A DNA stretch of 63,995 bases, filler included, from Gonapodya sp. JEL0774 (GCA_027604505.1; 7 parts of 7 records of this genome joined end to end with filler, not necessarily neighbours in it), one strand, 5' to 3'; shown: positions 1 to 13,159, numbered from the whole stretch's first letter. Translations and numbers: made by a program. Notes: generated from the letters alone by a model not told the origin.

Positions 1-235
1 GTTAACTGAATCACGAGACCTCGAAGAACAAAAACCTGAACTGAAATTCCAAACCAACGCCATGAACGCGGCTTTTCACAACGATTCTCGCCGACGGAGG
101 ATGGACACAAAAGTCATTGTATTGCAGCCTGTGAGTGCTCGTGTGTTCTTCCGTCCGGCTTGTGCCAACTCCCAGAGCTTCCACTGTTCTGAACTGAACT
201 CCCATTCCACAATTACAATGCCAGGCCCGTCGCTT

Positions 236-641
236 GCTTTGCCTCGCTGAGAAGGCCCCTGAGCTCAAACACTGTGCTGTCCGGGTCTCATCGGTGTAAC
301 TCCGGTGGACCATAACGGCTGTGCGGCGGCAGATTTGCACCCATGCCTGCGGGAGGAGGGGCTCTGTCCTTGACATGCGGGCGACAACGACGCTTCCAGC
401 GAAGCGAGAGACTGGCACGTCAGCGGATGGTAGATAGTGTTCCTCCCTACTTCTCTTGGCAAACTGTGAAGTGCACTCCTCAACGCTCTGGTCCTGCAGT
501 TCTTCGAACACACCTTATTTCGACTACTCTATCAAGGTTCCTCTCTACTTTGCCTCGCCGAGAAAACCGGCCTACGAGAACTGCGCTGTCCGGGTCTCAT
601 CGGTGCGATTCCGGTGGACCATAACGGCTGCGCAGGGGCGG
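236..641. repeat. Imperfect ~95-bp direct repeat pair (about 236-331 and 548-641)
   Basis: Both copies share actg(t/c)gctgtccgggtctcatcggtg...tccggtggaccataacggctg; overlapping minus-strand ORFs repeat AVMVHR..TDETRTAQ. Confidence 0.8.
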
Positions 642-1972
642 AGCCACGTTCCTTTGCGAGGATGGCGGCCGTTTCTGAGTACCGGTTGCGATGACGCATC
701 TTGCAAAGTGGAGGAGGAGCAGGCTGGGTGAATGAAGACTTCACTGAATTGGCTTGCATCGGGTACGTCACTACGTGCCATCTTCGTCCGCGCATTAGAC
801 TTTCTCTCACTGTTTCCGTCTTCTTCTTCCCCACTCACCATCATCTCGTATTTTTAGTCGATACCCCCATGTATTTTCTACTTTTGATGCCCCAGTGCGT
901 CGCAGGAGGGGGTTGTGCGAGAGACCCTTCTTCCACTCCCGATCGCCCCGGCGCATAAAAGGTTTGTAAATATATTCTCGCACAACCCCCGCCTTTGTGC
1001 ATTGTGTACTCGTCTGTTGTTTCTGATTGTTTGGTGGTACCGACGTCTGTTGCTTTATGTCTTCGAGTGTTCAGGAAGGAACAAGGTCCACTGTTCCCAA
1101 AGAGCCCCAAACGCGTTGGATCAAGCAGTTTCCGCATGCAGCAATGCTGAAGCATCCCTTGATGACGAATCTGCTTGCTGCACATTATTGGTTTGGTGAT
1201 TGCGTCGAGACGCATGATTGGTGGTACTAATTGCATCCCATTTCAGCTTGCACGGCACGGGACCACTGTTTTGCTCAATGATTCCTCTGCACGTCACTTC
1301 TTTCCCTGCACAGTCGTTCGATCATCGGTGGGACACCGTGCTATGTTGCTGTCAGATTACGAAAGGTTCGGGTACTAGAACTAACTTTCCCCTCATATTG
1401 TGCTCTTTCCATTTCTGGATCGTTTTGATGCGTGAATTCAATTCCATCGAATGCGATTCGCTTATGCGTAGACAACGTAGTTGGAAAACCGGTTGCACTC
1501 ACAAAAGAACACTTCTGTTCTGAGAGAGAGGTCAATCATGTTGTCTGCGACGGGAAAGAATTCGAGGCCGCTCTATTCTCCAATAAGAGCTTCGAAGTAG
1601 CTTGATCTTGAATAAAAATTTGGAAATGAAGCTCGAAAATTGTGCAACTAGTACTCACATTTTTCTCTGTTCGTGATGTCATGCACCACATCACCCACGG
1701 TCGGATGAAGAAGAATCGCAATAAAAAACTCCTGCAGGACAACGTTTGGGGCGTCGCTGATGTCGCCCATATACAGAGTAACAGGCTTTTCCGGTGTTGA
1801 ACCATAATTGATTGCTCTCTTATCGTCATTCTCGGTTTGAGAGAGCTCGCAACTACGATCCACCTCTACCACGATGAATCATTGTTATCGACTATGTAAA
1901 GTTTCTTCTTTCCCTTTTGAAAGATTTCCAAAATTGGTTCTCGGGGAATCCCACCACCACTCCTCATGTCCT

Positions 1973-2071
1973 NNNNNNNNNNNNNNNNNNNNNNNNNNNN
2001 NNNNNNNNNNNNNNNNNNNNNNNNNNNNNNNNNNNNNNNNNNNNNNNNNNNNNNNNNNNNNNNNNNNNNNN
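1973..2071. other. Intra-scaffold assembly gap (99 N)
   Basis: Pure N run without the TTAATTAATTAA linker. Confidence 0.95.
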
Positions 2072-4960
2072 CAAGCTCGTCATCAATGGTGACAGGTAGG
2101 TCCTTGTAGTGTCGAACATGCATGCGAAGGCACGTGTACATCCCTGACTCCAATTCGTAAATCGTGCATTGTTGCTAGCCCTCTGAACCAGTTTGGTCTG
2201 AGGGCGGATTACGTTCTTCCGAAACCCGAAAACTGGACTTACTCATGTATGTGTCCGCCATCATCAGTACCATTTACTCACAACGCTCACACCACTCTGC
2301 ATTTGTAATCAGGGACCCCGGATGTTGCTGCCGTGTACGCCAAGAAGCCTGTTAACGTGACCGTTGCCGGGGTCGCATGGAGGGCCGTCTCCCTCAAGGT
2401 GGCTGGAACCTACTCCGTGCAATTATCTGTCGGGAACGAGTCCATTTCTGCCGTGTGGACTGTCAGATCGTTCGAGGGCACTCGGAAGGCTAAGAACGCG
2501 GTCCTGTGAGTTCCCAACTTTCGTCCCCACCACACTTGTATCTTGTCTGATCATGCACCACTTTGTGTGATCCCAACCCAAGTTTCATTGGCGACGGTAT
2601 GGCCCTCGCTGCCACCACTGCCGCTCGTGCTATCTCCAAACAGACCAAGTTTGGAAAGTACGGCAAGAACTTCCTTTCCTTCACAAAGATGGGAACGATC
2701 GGTCTGGTCGGTGCCAACGGCCTGGACGCCATCATTACCGACTCTGCCAACTCCGCTTCCGCCTACAACACCGGCCACAAGAGTTCCGTCAATGCGCTCG
2801 GTGTCTACCCGGACACTTCGCCAGCAACTTTGGACGACCCCAAGGTGAGCATTCGAATGCATCAGCTGCTCGTGATTATTGGTACACTGATACAACTACA
2901 TCTTAACTCAATTCAAAGGTCGAGACCATCGCCGAGTACATCCGCCGCAAGAACCCAGGCCGTTGCATCGGTGTTGTGACAACCGCCGAAGTCCAGGACG
3001 CAACTCCCGCTGCTGTTTGGTCGCACACCCGTCGCCGTAGCGATTTGGCTGTTATCACTGACCAGGCCGTGTTCGGTGTCGCCAACTTCTCGGCTGCAGT
3101 GAAACCCGACGTCTTGATGGGTGGTGGTGGCCAGGTATGTCAATGGATTAATTGGCACAACGACTGCAATATCTAATCATGGGCGCTTCCTCGACATTCC
3201 CTCTCGTTTTTGTCTGTGCTTGTAGTACGTGAGTAGTATCCGCTCAGTGGGTTCGGATTGTGACGAGTCGCTGATCCTCATGCTGTCCTTCCTAGTTCTG
3301 CAACGGTACCAACACCACTTGTGCCAGCAACAAAGGCCAGAACTACTATGACATCTACAAGAAACTCGGCTACAGCGTTGTTAACAGCAAGGCTGAGCTC
3401 GAGGCGTACTCCGGCAGCGGTCCTCTTCTCGGTATCTTCTCCTTGAACCACATGGAGACATGGTGCGCATGATCCATTGCTCTTCCTCTCTCTCGACCAC
3501 ATTCATCGACCTCTTTTGCGATTCAGGATCGAGCGTAACATGCCCGAGTACTTTTCCGGTTTCAATGCCACGAAGTCCAACCCCTTCGGCCTCACCGGTC
3601 CCTCCGACCCTCAGCCCAACCTCGATGTCATGGTTAAGAAAGCTATTGAGGTCATGGATGCCCGCTGCGGTTCCAAGGGATGGTTCCTCATGGCTGAGGC
3701 CGCCTCCATCGACAAGATGATGCACCCCATCGACTTTGACCGTGCTTTGGCTGATGTGAGTTTAATTATCCGTTTCTTGTGTAGGTGCTTTTCTCATTTC
3801 TTTTGCTGGGAATATGTAGCTCCTGGAGCTTGAGCGTGCTGTCAACGTCGTTTTGGATTACAATGCCAAGAACGACGACAACACCTTCATCATGGTTACT
3901 TCGGACCACGCTCAGGCATACGATGGTCTGTTGTATCCTTTATGACCAATTTTTGATGGCGGTCGGACACTGACACTGGCTCGTTTTTCACAGTCTTCGG
4001 TACCGTCGACACCAAATTCTTCAACTCGCAGCCCCTCAACCTGTCTGGTGACGATCCTCTCAGCGTCAGGAAGCGTCGTTCCGTTGGTGAATACCAACAG
4101 TCTGGATGGGTGAGTAGGAAAGAGATCCGCCTTTCGTGGATCTGTATCGTTCATATCTGATGTTCATGCAATCTGTCACCTGCAGCCTGATCTCGTCATC
4201 AACGAGACCACAGGTCTTCCTACCAGTACGTGTTAACACTGTCGACTCGAGTTCGTCTCTTTTATTAATAAAAGTGTCCTGTAGACTGGAAAGGTCGGTT
4301 CAAACTCGCTGACGGAAAGGTTGACGCCTTTGCGCACACTGAGGACTGGCAAATCAACAAGGTTGACCCAAAGAACGTAGGTTTACCGACCGCTTTGACG
4401 AGATGTTGTTTTCGCGTGCGAGGCTGATTGTCCTTTCATAGAACCCTTCTTCTCGCCCCATCGGTCTGGTCAACGCTTCATACGAAGTTACTGGCGACAA
4501 GGTCGTCTCCTACAACCCTGCCAATGACCCGGAAGGTATCCCCCTCCTCCCCAACGATTTCCCTACCGACACCACCACTGTGCACTCCCTCCAGGATGTC
4601 GCTCTCTTCTGTGGTGGCCCAGCCTCGATGACCATCAAGTGCTCTAAGATCATGGACAACACTGAGGGTGAGTCATTGAATAGTGTTACCGTCTCCATCA
4701 TGCGCGTACGAAACCTTGTTTTTCTTCTTCGCCAGTCTTCTTCCTCCTTGCCGACTCTCTTGGTCTGGGTAACGGCAACCAAGTCTCCAAGCGTGATATC
4801 GGTAAGCTAAGCTCGAATATGTTTATTTGGCGTATCAGCTTCTGATCACGCGTACTTCACACTAGATGAGCGATATGTCGCGACTGCCCAAGCTCCCGAG
4901 ATCCAGTACGATGGGCTTACCCGCCGGAAAGAAAATGGTCTCCACCCTGGCGAATACTAA
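2072..4960 (+). CDS. Alkaline phosphatase (PhoA superfamily), multi-exon, 5' end lost in the gap
   Basis: Spliced motifs WTVR..RKAKNAVL/FIGDGM, ITDSANSASAYNTGHKS (catalytic Ser in DSA), VVTTAEVQDATPAA, GWFLMAEAASIDKMMH, VTSDHAQ, VHSLQDV; GT-AG introns; stop TAA at 4958-4960. Confidence 0.92.
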
Positions 4961-5782
4961 TTCTGGGGCAGTCATGGAGTGTCTTGTGTTGCATTACTAA
5001 TTGAAACAACCCATGATTTAGAAATAGTGATTACTCTACTACTAACTATGCTCGCATGAAATCCAAAACATCGTGCACTGACGATGTGGAAGCGTGCTGA
5101 GGTCAAGTGCACCATGACCTTTGAAGCCCATTGAAACTGTCCCAGTCATCTTCGTTTCCGGTACCACGCTCTCAACCGTCTCTCCGGCGGGAAACTCAAC
5201 CGTGCATTCTCACATTCTCACGTTGTGTTTGCTTTTGGCGTTTGCTGTATCCGACACGTCGGCGTTGTTGTTCCAATCGACTGGCCACGCAAGCGTGGTT
5301 GAGTCAGCGGGCGCTGTTCCATTGAGTGTTTCAATCGTATCTAACGAACTGCGAATGTTTTAACCTGGCTGGACACGCCGCTGCCTGCTGCCGCTTGTTG
5401 CCCTCGTCAGAACGCTTTTGGGTCCACGCCATGACGTCCGCCTTGAGTGACCAAACATCCGAAGCTTGCTTGTTTTCAGTCGAAACTTGAATAGTTTCAC
5501 CTACGACGGAATTGCTCGATGGATTCTTGCAACTGCTGCCCTCTTCCAAACCCTTCGCCGCCTTCGCAGATCGGCGTTTGATCAACGTTGGTTCAATGGC
5601 TCACAAGACACCTTGGAGAACCCATGAGTCCATCATTCTCTGATTTACTTTTCGCACCCGGCCCGCTTCTAATGTCCTCTTCTGTACTAGAAAGTTTCGG
5701 ATCAACCAACTCTGAACTTGGCGCTCCCGGGGGTTTACAATTCATGACACACATCCCCTCCAATCCCTTTCTGAACTTTGGG

Positions 5783-6580
5783 CACTCTTGTCTCATAATT
5801 GATTTCAACTTTCTTGTGTGAGCAAGCCATTAACGCCACGGTCTCTGCGGTAGTGCGGGCTTGTCCAGCGAGGAAGTTGATATCGATACACCAAGTGTGC
5901 TGGGAATCTGTGTAGGCCAAGTTTCTTTTTATGAGCACTCTTGTCTCATTATCGATTTCAACTTTCTTGTGTGAACAAGCCATTATCGCCACCCTCTCTG
6001 CGACAGTGCGGGCTCGTCCAGCTGGGAAGTTGATATCGATACATCGATTGTGCTACTAGTCTGCGTGGGCCACATCTCTTTTATGGGTAATCTTGTCTCA
6101 TTATTGATTTCAACTTTCTTGATGAGCAAGCCATTAACGCCACGCTCCCTGCGGTTGTGCGGGCTCGTCCAGCTGGGAAGTTGACATCAATACGCCGAGT
6201 ATGCTAAATCTGAATGCCACACACTAGTCAAGACAGATCTGTTAGTGATTTGTCGAGGCTTCTTTATTCTCTTCTTGATCAGTATCGATTTCAACTATGG
6301 GTGAATGAACGACCACTGCGCTCTGTCTGACAGCGCAATTGTGACCGGCTGAGAAAAGGATATCATTGATGTCCGCGTGCTCGAATGCCGTCCACTTAAT
6401 GACCGTCTTTTGGGCGCTTTTTGATCTAATCTTACCGATACGTTGTTGAGCACCTTCATACCTCATCGACTTCCACTTTCGATTTCAACCCTTTCTTAGT
6501 CAAGCGAACCACCAACTACTCTCTGTGCGTCGTTGGGGGTTTGTCAAGCTGAGAAGGTGACATCGATAGAGCGAGTTGCG
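5783..6580. repeat. Tandem ~153-bp repeat: 3 close copies (5783-6200) plus 2 degenerate copies (~6285-6380, ~6480-6580)
   Basis: Recurring cttgtctcat..gatttcaactttcttg..caagccatta..gtgcgggct.gtccagc..ggaagttga.atc; the minus strand gives a 51-aa repeat (MACSHKKVEI..ETRV). Confidence 0.85.
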
Positions 6581-7910
6581 TTGTAATCGCGACGGTTTAC
6601 GGGGGATACACTTTGAGAGGCTCATCGATTCATGACTCCTTTAGACGTATTCTCTTTTCAAAGGTTTGATACCCTGGATTCTGGTGGAGTCAAGTCTTAT
6701 GTTATCAATCGTGACTGCTCCTATGAACTGCAAGCCCGTTCTTCTGCACTGGATAAATGACCAGGCACCTGGCTCTTGTATTCATCAACACCAATGGTTA
6801 CCACTAACTTAGAGCGACAAATCATAATACCCGTTCCTTCTTTCACACATACTTGAGTGAACTAGTTTTGGGCTCAGTTTCACGATCGTATTGAAAGGCG
6901 GAGCAACTGTATCATGGTCATCGATTGTTGTCCCTTCATAGTACGACGACATGGGAGCCTCACCGCTCCATCCACCTCCAGTCCCCCACCTCCAAGCCTT
7001 TCGATCGCAACGTGACCGCCGCCAGAGGATCACATAGTAGTACTTCTCAGCGAGCAATACGTCTCACTTTTGGAATAAATGAACGCGAGATTCGTCTCCA
7101 TCCGTGATAACCTTGCGCTCCCAAACAAGTTCCCGCAGTCGAGGCACGAGCATGGGTATTAAATTCCCGCGAACGTGCAATCTCCCGGCCAACTCACTAC
7201 TGTTGAGCCACGGGCATATACTGTAGGATCCTCTTGCGACCACGCAATCTCCTGAACAAGTTACCGTAGTTGATAAACGAGAAGAACTAACGACTTACGT
7301 GAGTGAACTATGGATGCATCCACGCGCGCGCAGTCTCCGCAAGGAATGATGCGCTCAAGTTGTGCAAGCAATGAGGACACCTCATATTCGCACCTAAGAT
7401 GCGTACGTCGGACTAAAGTCATATAGTCTGTTGCGAACTGAGTTTTCTTCATCACTGCTTCAATTTACAAAGGATGACGCACTTGTAGATTGAAGGGCTC
7501 TTGTCATTGCGCGGCAGAGTCTGTTTGATATTTCTTGACAAACCTCCTGCTTGTCATTGACCCCTCTGGATTCTGGCAGGGTTTGCGTTACCCCGACATC
7601 TCGATCAGGTGGTTATCGTGTACCGTTGTCCATTGGTGAGTGATTTCATGGATGTCTTTCTCAGCTTCCAAATGACATTCCGTACATTGGATTCCCTCAA
7701 AAATTTGTGCTCAGTTCCCCTTTGCCCGTCAACGAATCCTTTTACCGGACAAGGCACGTACTAGAGTCGCACACCTTGAAATGCCAAAAATACAAAAAAA
7801 AAAAAAAAGTACAAAGTCATTCTAAATACGACATAGGAAATACTTCTGCGCTCAGGTTATATGTTACTGATGGCGCCTGCGCCGACTGAGATATACATTC
7901 CTTTGCGGGG

Positions 7911-9208
7911 CTAATGCAGGAGGTCTGTATCACTCCTAATCCCGACACTGGTGAGGGATCCATCTTCCGAGGGAACTCGTCGATATATCTTGGGTCGCGG
8001 AAGATGGTGTGTTGGTGGGTGCACTGCGGTCCTGATTTCGTCCCATCGTTGCTCCATCACGGCGAGTTCCGCTTCCGAGACGTGGGGAACAGGACCGGTG
8101 AACCAGTCTCGGGCGCCTGTCCACCAAAGAAAGGTCTATGCGAATATTGAAGGAGCAAGGATTGGTCATGTCTTTGGAGAAGATATGATCGCACGCAGAC
8201 TTCTCACCGCGATGAACGTAACACCGCCTACAGCTGCACTGGCAAAGTTGAAGTTCGACGCATTGACAGGAAACGAGCTAATAGAGGGCGACAAGGACAT
8301 CAAGGAGCGCCGTTATGGAATGAATAATTGACGAGCAACATGACCGCAATCACAGCGGTTCTCACTTGGGAAGACAAGCAAGCACGCTGAGGAGGCTGAC
8401 CCAAAGTACGGCAATCCATCCAATGACTACCGAGAAAATCCCCAGGTGGAACTCCCCTCGCTTAAACGTGTAGTATGAAAACGTTACTCGGCAGAGTATT
8501 GGAATGGTGTACTTTGTTCGCCCGATCACAGGTGTGCCGAAACCCGAACCAAATCAAACCAAACACGCTGAGAAATGTCAACACCGAGTGCATTTGTGCT
8601 GACAATTAGACTCACGGAAACCATTAACCCGATTGTTGCAATGCTGGCCGTGGCATTCAGACCTGCGGTAGACCAGAACCCGATTGCGTTGATGGCGCAC
8701 GCCACTGTGTTGGGAACGCGGTTCAAAGTGTTGTCAGTTCAGAAACGACCGGTTCAACCCACGAGACAACATACTTAAACATCCGAACCAAACAGTGCGT
8801 AATGGCGTGCGCGTTCGAGGGTGAATGTAATAGAGAATCCCTGAGAGTCTGTGACCAAACCCACGGTCCCTCGAGAACGCATACACTGAGTATTCAGATG
8901 CGACCAGTCCTCAGATCTTGCTTACAAAGATGCAGTTGAGGGGCGACGTAGCTGGAACTTACTCATGCGTGAATTTCTGGACGAAGGAGAATTCAAGCAC
9001 GGTCGACATGACGTCACAGGATGGGATCAAAGGCTTCACTTACGCTGAATTGATTGTGATTCCAGCGAAAAAAAGGCCCAAATTCACGATTGTCATTAAG
9101 ATCACTGATACTGCCTTACTTTGCTCCGTGGAATCTAGCACGTTATCAGTCACTTGTGAAGTAAAAGTCTACCTTGCTTGTTAATGGAACGTCCTCACCC
9201 ATAAAAAG
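7911..9208 (-). CDS. Amino acid permease (APC superfamily, GABA/choline-transporter-like), 3' part, multi-exon, truncated by scaffold end
   Basis: Manual minus-strand translation: AFSRDRGFG..YIHPRTRTPLRTVWFG, SIATIGLM, YTIPILCRVTF..RGEFHLGIFSVVIGWIAVLWV, FPVNASNFNFASAAVGGV, WWTGARDWFTGP. Confidence 0.88.
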
Positions 9209-9308
9209 NNNNNNNNNNNNNNNNNNNNNNNNNNNNNNNNNNNNNNNNNNNNTTAATTAATTAANNNNNNNNNNNNNNNNNNNNNNNNNNNNNNNNNNNN
9301 NNNNNNNN
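9209..9308. other. Artificial scaffold linker
   Basis: 100-nt N-TTAATTAATTAA-N spacer (stops in all six frames). Confidence 0.97.
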
Positions 9309-9630
9309 GTTTCTTCTTTCAAGATTCGAACAAAGGTGGCTGTCTGGGTGAAAGCAAAACGACCAGTCGAACCCTTATCATTCATTTCTTAGGGCAAGAA
9401 GAACAAATAATAGCTACACTTCCTGCGAGCCTGCAGGGAGACCTTTCGCTGGTGGTTCCTGCAAGAAAATTGCTAGAGATGATTTCTTGGACGAGGTGTT
9501 GTAATTTAGCGAAGCGCCAGAACGGGGCTGCGGCATCATGTCGTTACTCTTTTGTTACGTTAAATCCACCATATCACAAAAAGATTCTTTAATGCTGAAT
9601 GTAGAGGGTCTCTATCTAGCTTGTACAAGT

Positions 9631-10614
9631 TCACGCCGGGCGTTTGGAGTTGTAACTATTTTTGCCTGCTTGAGTGTAGTTCCCGCCATGGCTGGGATAA
9701 CCATTTTGTCCTCCTTGAGAGTAGTCCACGGCATGACCTGGATATGTATCTGCGGACATATACGCGCCGTGCGGGTATGATGGGGGCGGCGGCCCCGGCA
9801 TTCGGTTGTTCTGTGCAGGCGCGAACCCAGGTCCCCGTGCAGTGCTGTAGTGACCACCTGGGTATGTCGCCATCATTGCAATGTTGGGACCCGACTGAGT
9901 CACGATGATGCCTCGAGATCCTGATTGAGCTACAACAACCGTGCTGGTTCCGAACCAACCCCAACCCCAGGGTCCCCAGCCAATGGCAGCGAATCGCTTC
10001 GCGTTCACCACCATGTAGATGGTCAACCCAAAGAATAAAAGACCCAGGACGGATGCTATGACAATTATGATGATACGAGTGGTTGAGAAACTCTGAGAAA
10101 CATTGTCCGCGAAGGAGGAAACCTGCAAGCATTCAGTAATCAGTGCGTTAGCACTGCATGTTTAGATGATTACGCCACACCTAAAGACAAAAGATATACT
10201 CACAATGCAGCAGCTCGTTGTGGATCCTTTGTGATAATGATCGATAAGTCAGGGTTTTGAATCTCTCAGAGCGCACAAACCACGGTACCGCCATTCAACC
10301 CACCGGTACACAATTGAAAGCCCGAACCGCATCCACAGAGCCCGTTCAGACAGAAAAATGTACCAGCGCAGTCGATGCTGGACTTGCAAGTCCCTCTGAT
10401 TGCAGATGGCCACGGACTCGACACGCGGACGCGATGGAAGAACAGGCGACAGAACTCACCCGTACGGTGCGTATGTAAACTGCCGACCACGAAGATCGTG
10501 CGATTGAGTCAGGTTGCCATCTCGGTTTAACAAAACTCTCCGCTCAGACGGGAGAGCTTGGGCATTCAGTGCGAGCAAAATGATCCCAAGAAGGAAGGGC
10601 ACCGGAGCTTTCAT
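9631..10614 (-). CDS. Single-pass membrane protein: signal peptide, Cys-rich ectodomain, TM helix, Pro/Tyr/Gly-rich tail with PPxY (Shisa/Rcr-like architecture)
   Basis: MKAPVPFLLGIILLALNAQA; CKSSIDCAGTFFCLNGLCGCGSGFQLC; IIIIVIASVLGLLFFGLTIYMVV; PGPPPPSY; introns between segments. Confidence 0.7.
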
Positions 10615-10989
10615 CGCGGAGCACAGATTCGCGGCATGAATCATCGATTGGTTGGCGCGACGAGAATGATTGACGAGTTTTGGGAAAACAGGGGCCAGGA
10701 ATGTATGTATAAATGCAGGGTAGAACTATGAAGATTGGCTGATCTCGCCTAAGCACTACGGGTGTTGGCGGTGTCAATGTGCCTCCCCGACTTGACGCTT
10801 TTGGAAAGTCGTTATACATTCATAAAATTTGAGGGCAGCAATTCTTGTACATCTTTGGGACCATTCGACAGCGTGATGACAGTAATTTGAGGTGCTGACA
10901 TCACGCGCCACAACCTTCCTCAAACTGAATGCAGCGCTGCCACCGAGTTTCGGCCACCAGTAGTTGTGTTCACCAGGGACTCGTGAAGA

Positions 10990-12626
10990 TCACCATTTGC
11001 GGTACGGGAGGAATTTGCCGAGGAGGGTAACCTGGATCGAGTGAGGCGGACAAGCGAGGGAGAGTGGTTGCGACACAAGCATTGTAACGCGTACTGTTAA
11101 AGCGGACGGAAAGTATCGCGCAAAGCAAAAGTAATTCACCTTGACGTAGTCAGATCCGTTGAACTTCTCCTTTTCGACCGTCATCTTGTACTATATCAGT
11201 CCATACCGTTACACGTCCACAATGTGAAAAGTCAAATCAGTTCAAGTTCGCATCCAAGGAAGTGACGAAATAATGCTCTTCGTCAACTTAATCAAGCGGT
11301 ACACGGTGAATCGGTTTCAGCCAACTCACGTCAATTGCAGACATGATCCCATCCCCAAACTTCTCGTGAATGACAGCCTTGAGCGTGGTTCCGTAGACCT
11401 AGGGGAGAGCCACGAATGAAGTGTCGCACGTGTATCAAGCAAGCATCAGAGAGACGTCAGGAGCTGGAATAATGCAGGTAGAAGATGGATGAGCAGGGTG
11501 ATGATACGTACGAGGACAATTTCGTAGAATCGGTAAATCAAAGGGTCACGAGGCGGCATGGGGGCGATATGGCTGAAAGTGACACACGGGGGATGAGCCG
11601 TGGGAGAAGAGTTGAACAGTTGTGCGCGACTAGAACAGTACGCGGTATGTCCTGACTTGACCGCGACCAAGGATGCAAGACCGCCCGAGGCACCAATATC
11701 GAACCTCGAAAACGGTCATCGAGGTTCCTCATATGCCTCCATCCCGAGCACACTGGGCCTTCTCTCTCTCCCGGCCCCCACCAGCACTCAACGTAAATTA
11801 CTCACCCCTTGTCCGGAAACTCCGTCGCGAGAACACTGATTTTACTTTCGCTCACATCTAGAGCTTTGGCAAGTGCTGAGATGTCTGAAGGGTCTGCGCG
11901 GTTCTGGCCGTACTTTTGATGAGCAAGGAACAGAACAGAGATGTCCCGGGAGGAGTGACACGAATCACGGAAAGATTGAGTGAGTGTAGATCAGCCACTG
12001 AATTTTTTTTGGAAATTTGATTCCCAATTTGGAGCCTTGTCCTTGACGCGGGAGGCAGTTTTACAGCAAGACTGTCTGCTCCGACGGCCGTTCTCGTCCA
12101 CAATCGGCCAGTATTCCGCTTTCCGGAAATCGTTGGATTTTCATTGGAATAGTGGCTGACATTCCGTCACACGATTACTCACGAAAAGAGATGCCACGAA
12201 GACTTCGTCCTTGCCCACGTGTTTGGAAAGCTCGGCCTGATGAACAGCGGGAGTAGGACGGGTGAATGGAGGGGTTCAAACAGTGAGAATACAAGATAAC
12301 GAGTTGAAAGTGATCCGTGTATTTCCTTCGATGGCGATGTTCAACCCCGCGTGATTGAGGTCTTGGCGATTCAACACGGAACACAGAATGACTGGATCTC
12401 AAACCGTAGCTTAGCCATTGATGACCCATCAACTCACAAATGTGACACCCTTTGCCTTTTTGGCCTCAAGCAACGTATCCATCGCGACATACCGGTTTTG
12501 GTGTGCTGCAGATGTCCACATGTTTGCACGCAGGAGTGACGAAGCTAATGGTGTTGACGCCGCAACGACTGGGAGAACGGGGGTGGCGATCAAGGGCGAG
12601 CGAGATACGAGTGCGCGAGCAAACAT
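10990..12626 (-). CDS. CYN1: Cyanate hydratase (cyanase), multi-exon
   Basis: Exons read [12 protein letters not shown] / [18 protein letters not shown] / [25 protein letters not shown] / [16 protein letters not shown] / [22 protein letters not shown] / MTVEKEK..DYVK / [13 protein letters not shown], which are canonical cyanase motifs. Confidence 0.95.
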
Positions 12627-13159
12627 TGTGGAGAGTTGGAGCGACGTTGAACAAGGGGGGATGTCTGCGATTCGCTTTCAACGGCGGCCGGTCTCGGGCC
12701 GCACCAAATGCTTGACGGCAAGTACGTTCGTCGCTCTGACCATAAATTAAACTTGTGGAACGCTTCTGGTCTTGTTATCGTGGCACTTGGAATCAAGTCG
12801 ATCTTCTCGCGGATCATGAGAATGTACAGATACCACGCCGTTGTAGCCTTTGCACTCTCTAAAATTCCAAAAGACTCGTTCTATTTACATGGACATTGCA
12901 TCTGTGTGTTCTTCAAGGTCGGTGGGATCCGTCTGCATGTGTCCACAGCATTCCCTGTCCCACAAAACCCTTCTTTGCTTCGTTTCAGCAGACGATAAGC
13001 CCCAAAAACTCTCTGAAAACGGTCTGTGCTGGGACCAATGAGCAGATTGGAGACAGGAGCCGGTCGTGGGCAGGTGTCTGAGTGGAATGGAAGTGAAAGT
13101 GATGTCAGACTCGCAAGATCGTTCGCGTTCGGGGAGGTGAGTTTCGGTTCCAGTCTGAT

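Noticed and set aside
2072..12626. Nutrient-scavenging cluster (phosphatase, permease, cyanase)
   Set aside because: Cyanase is on a different scaffold from the other two; the adjacency is an artefact of concatenation.
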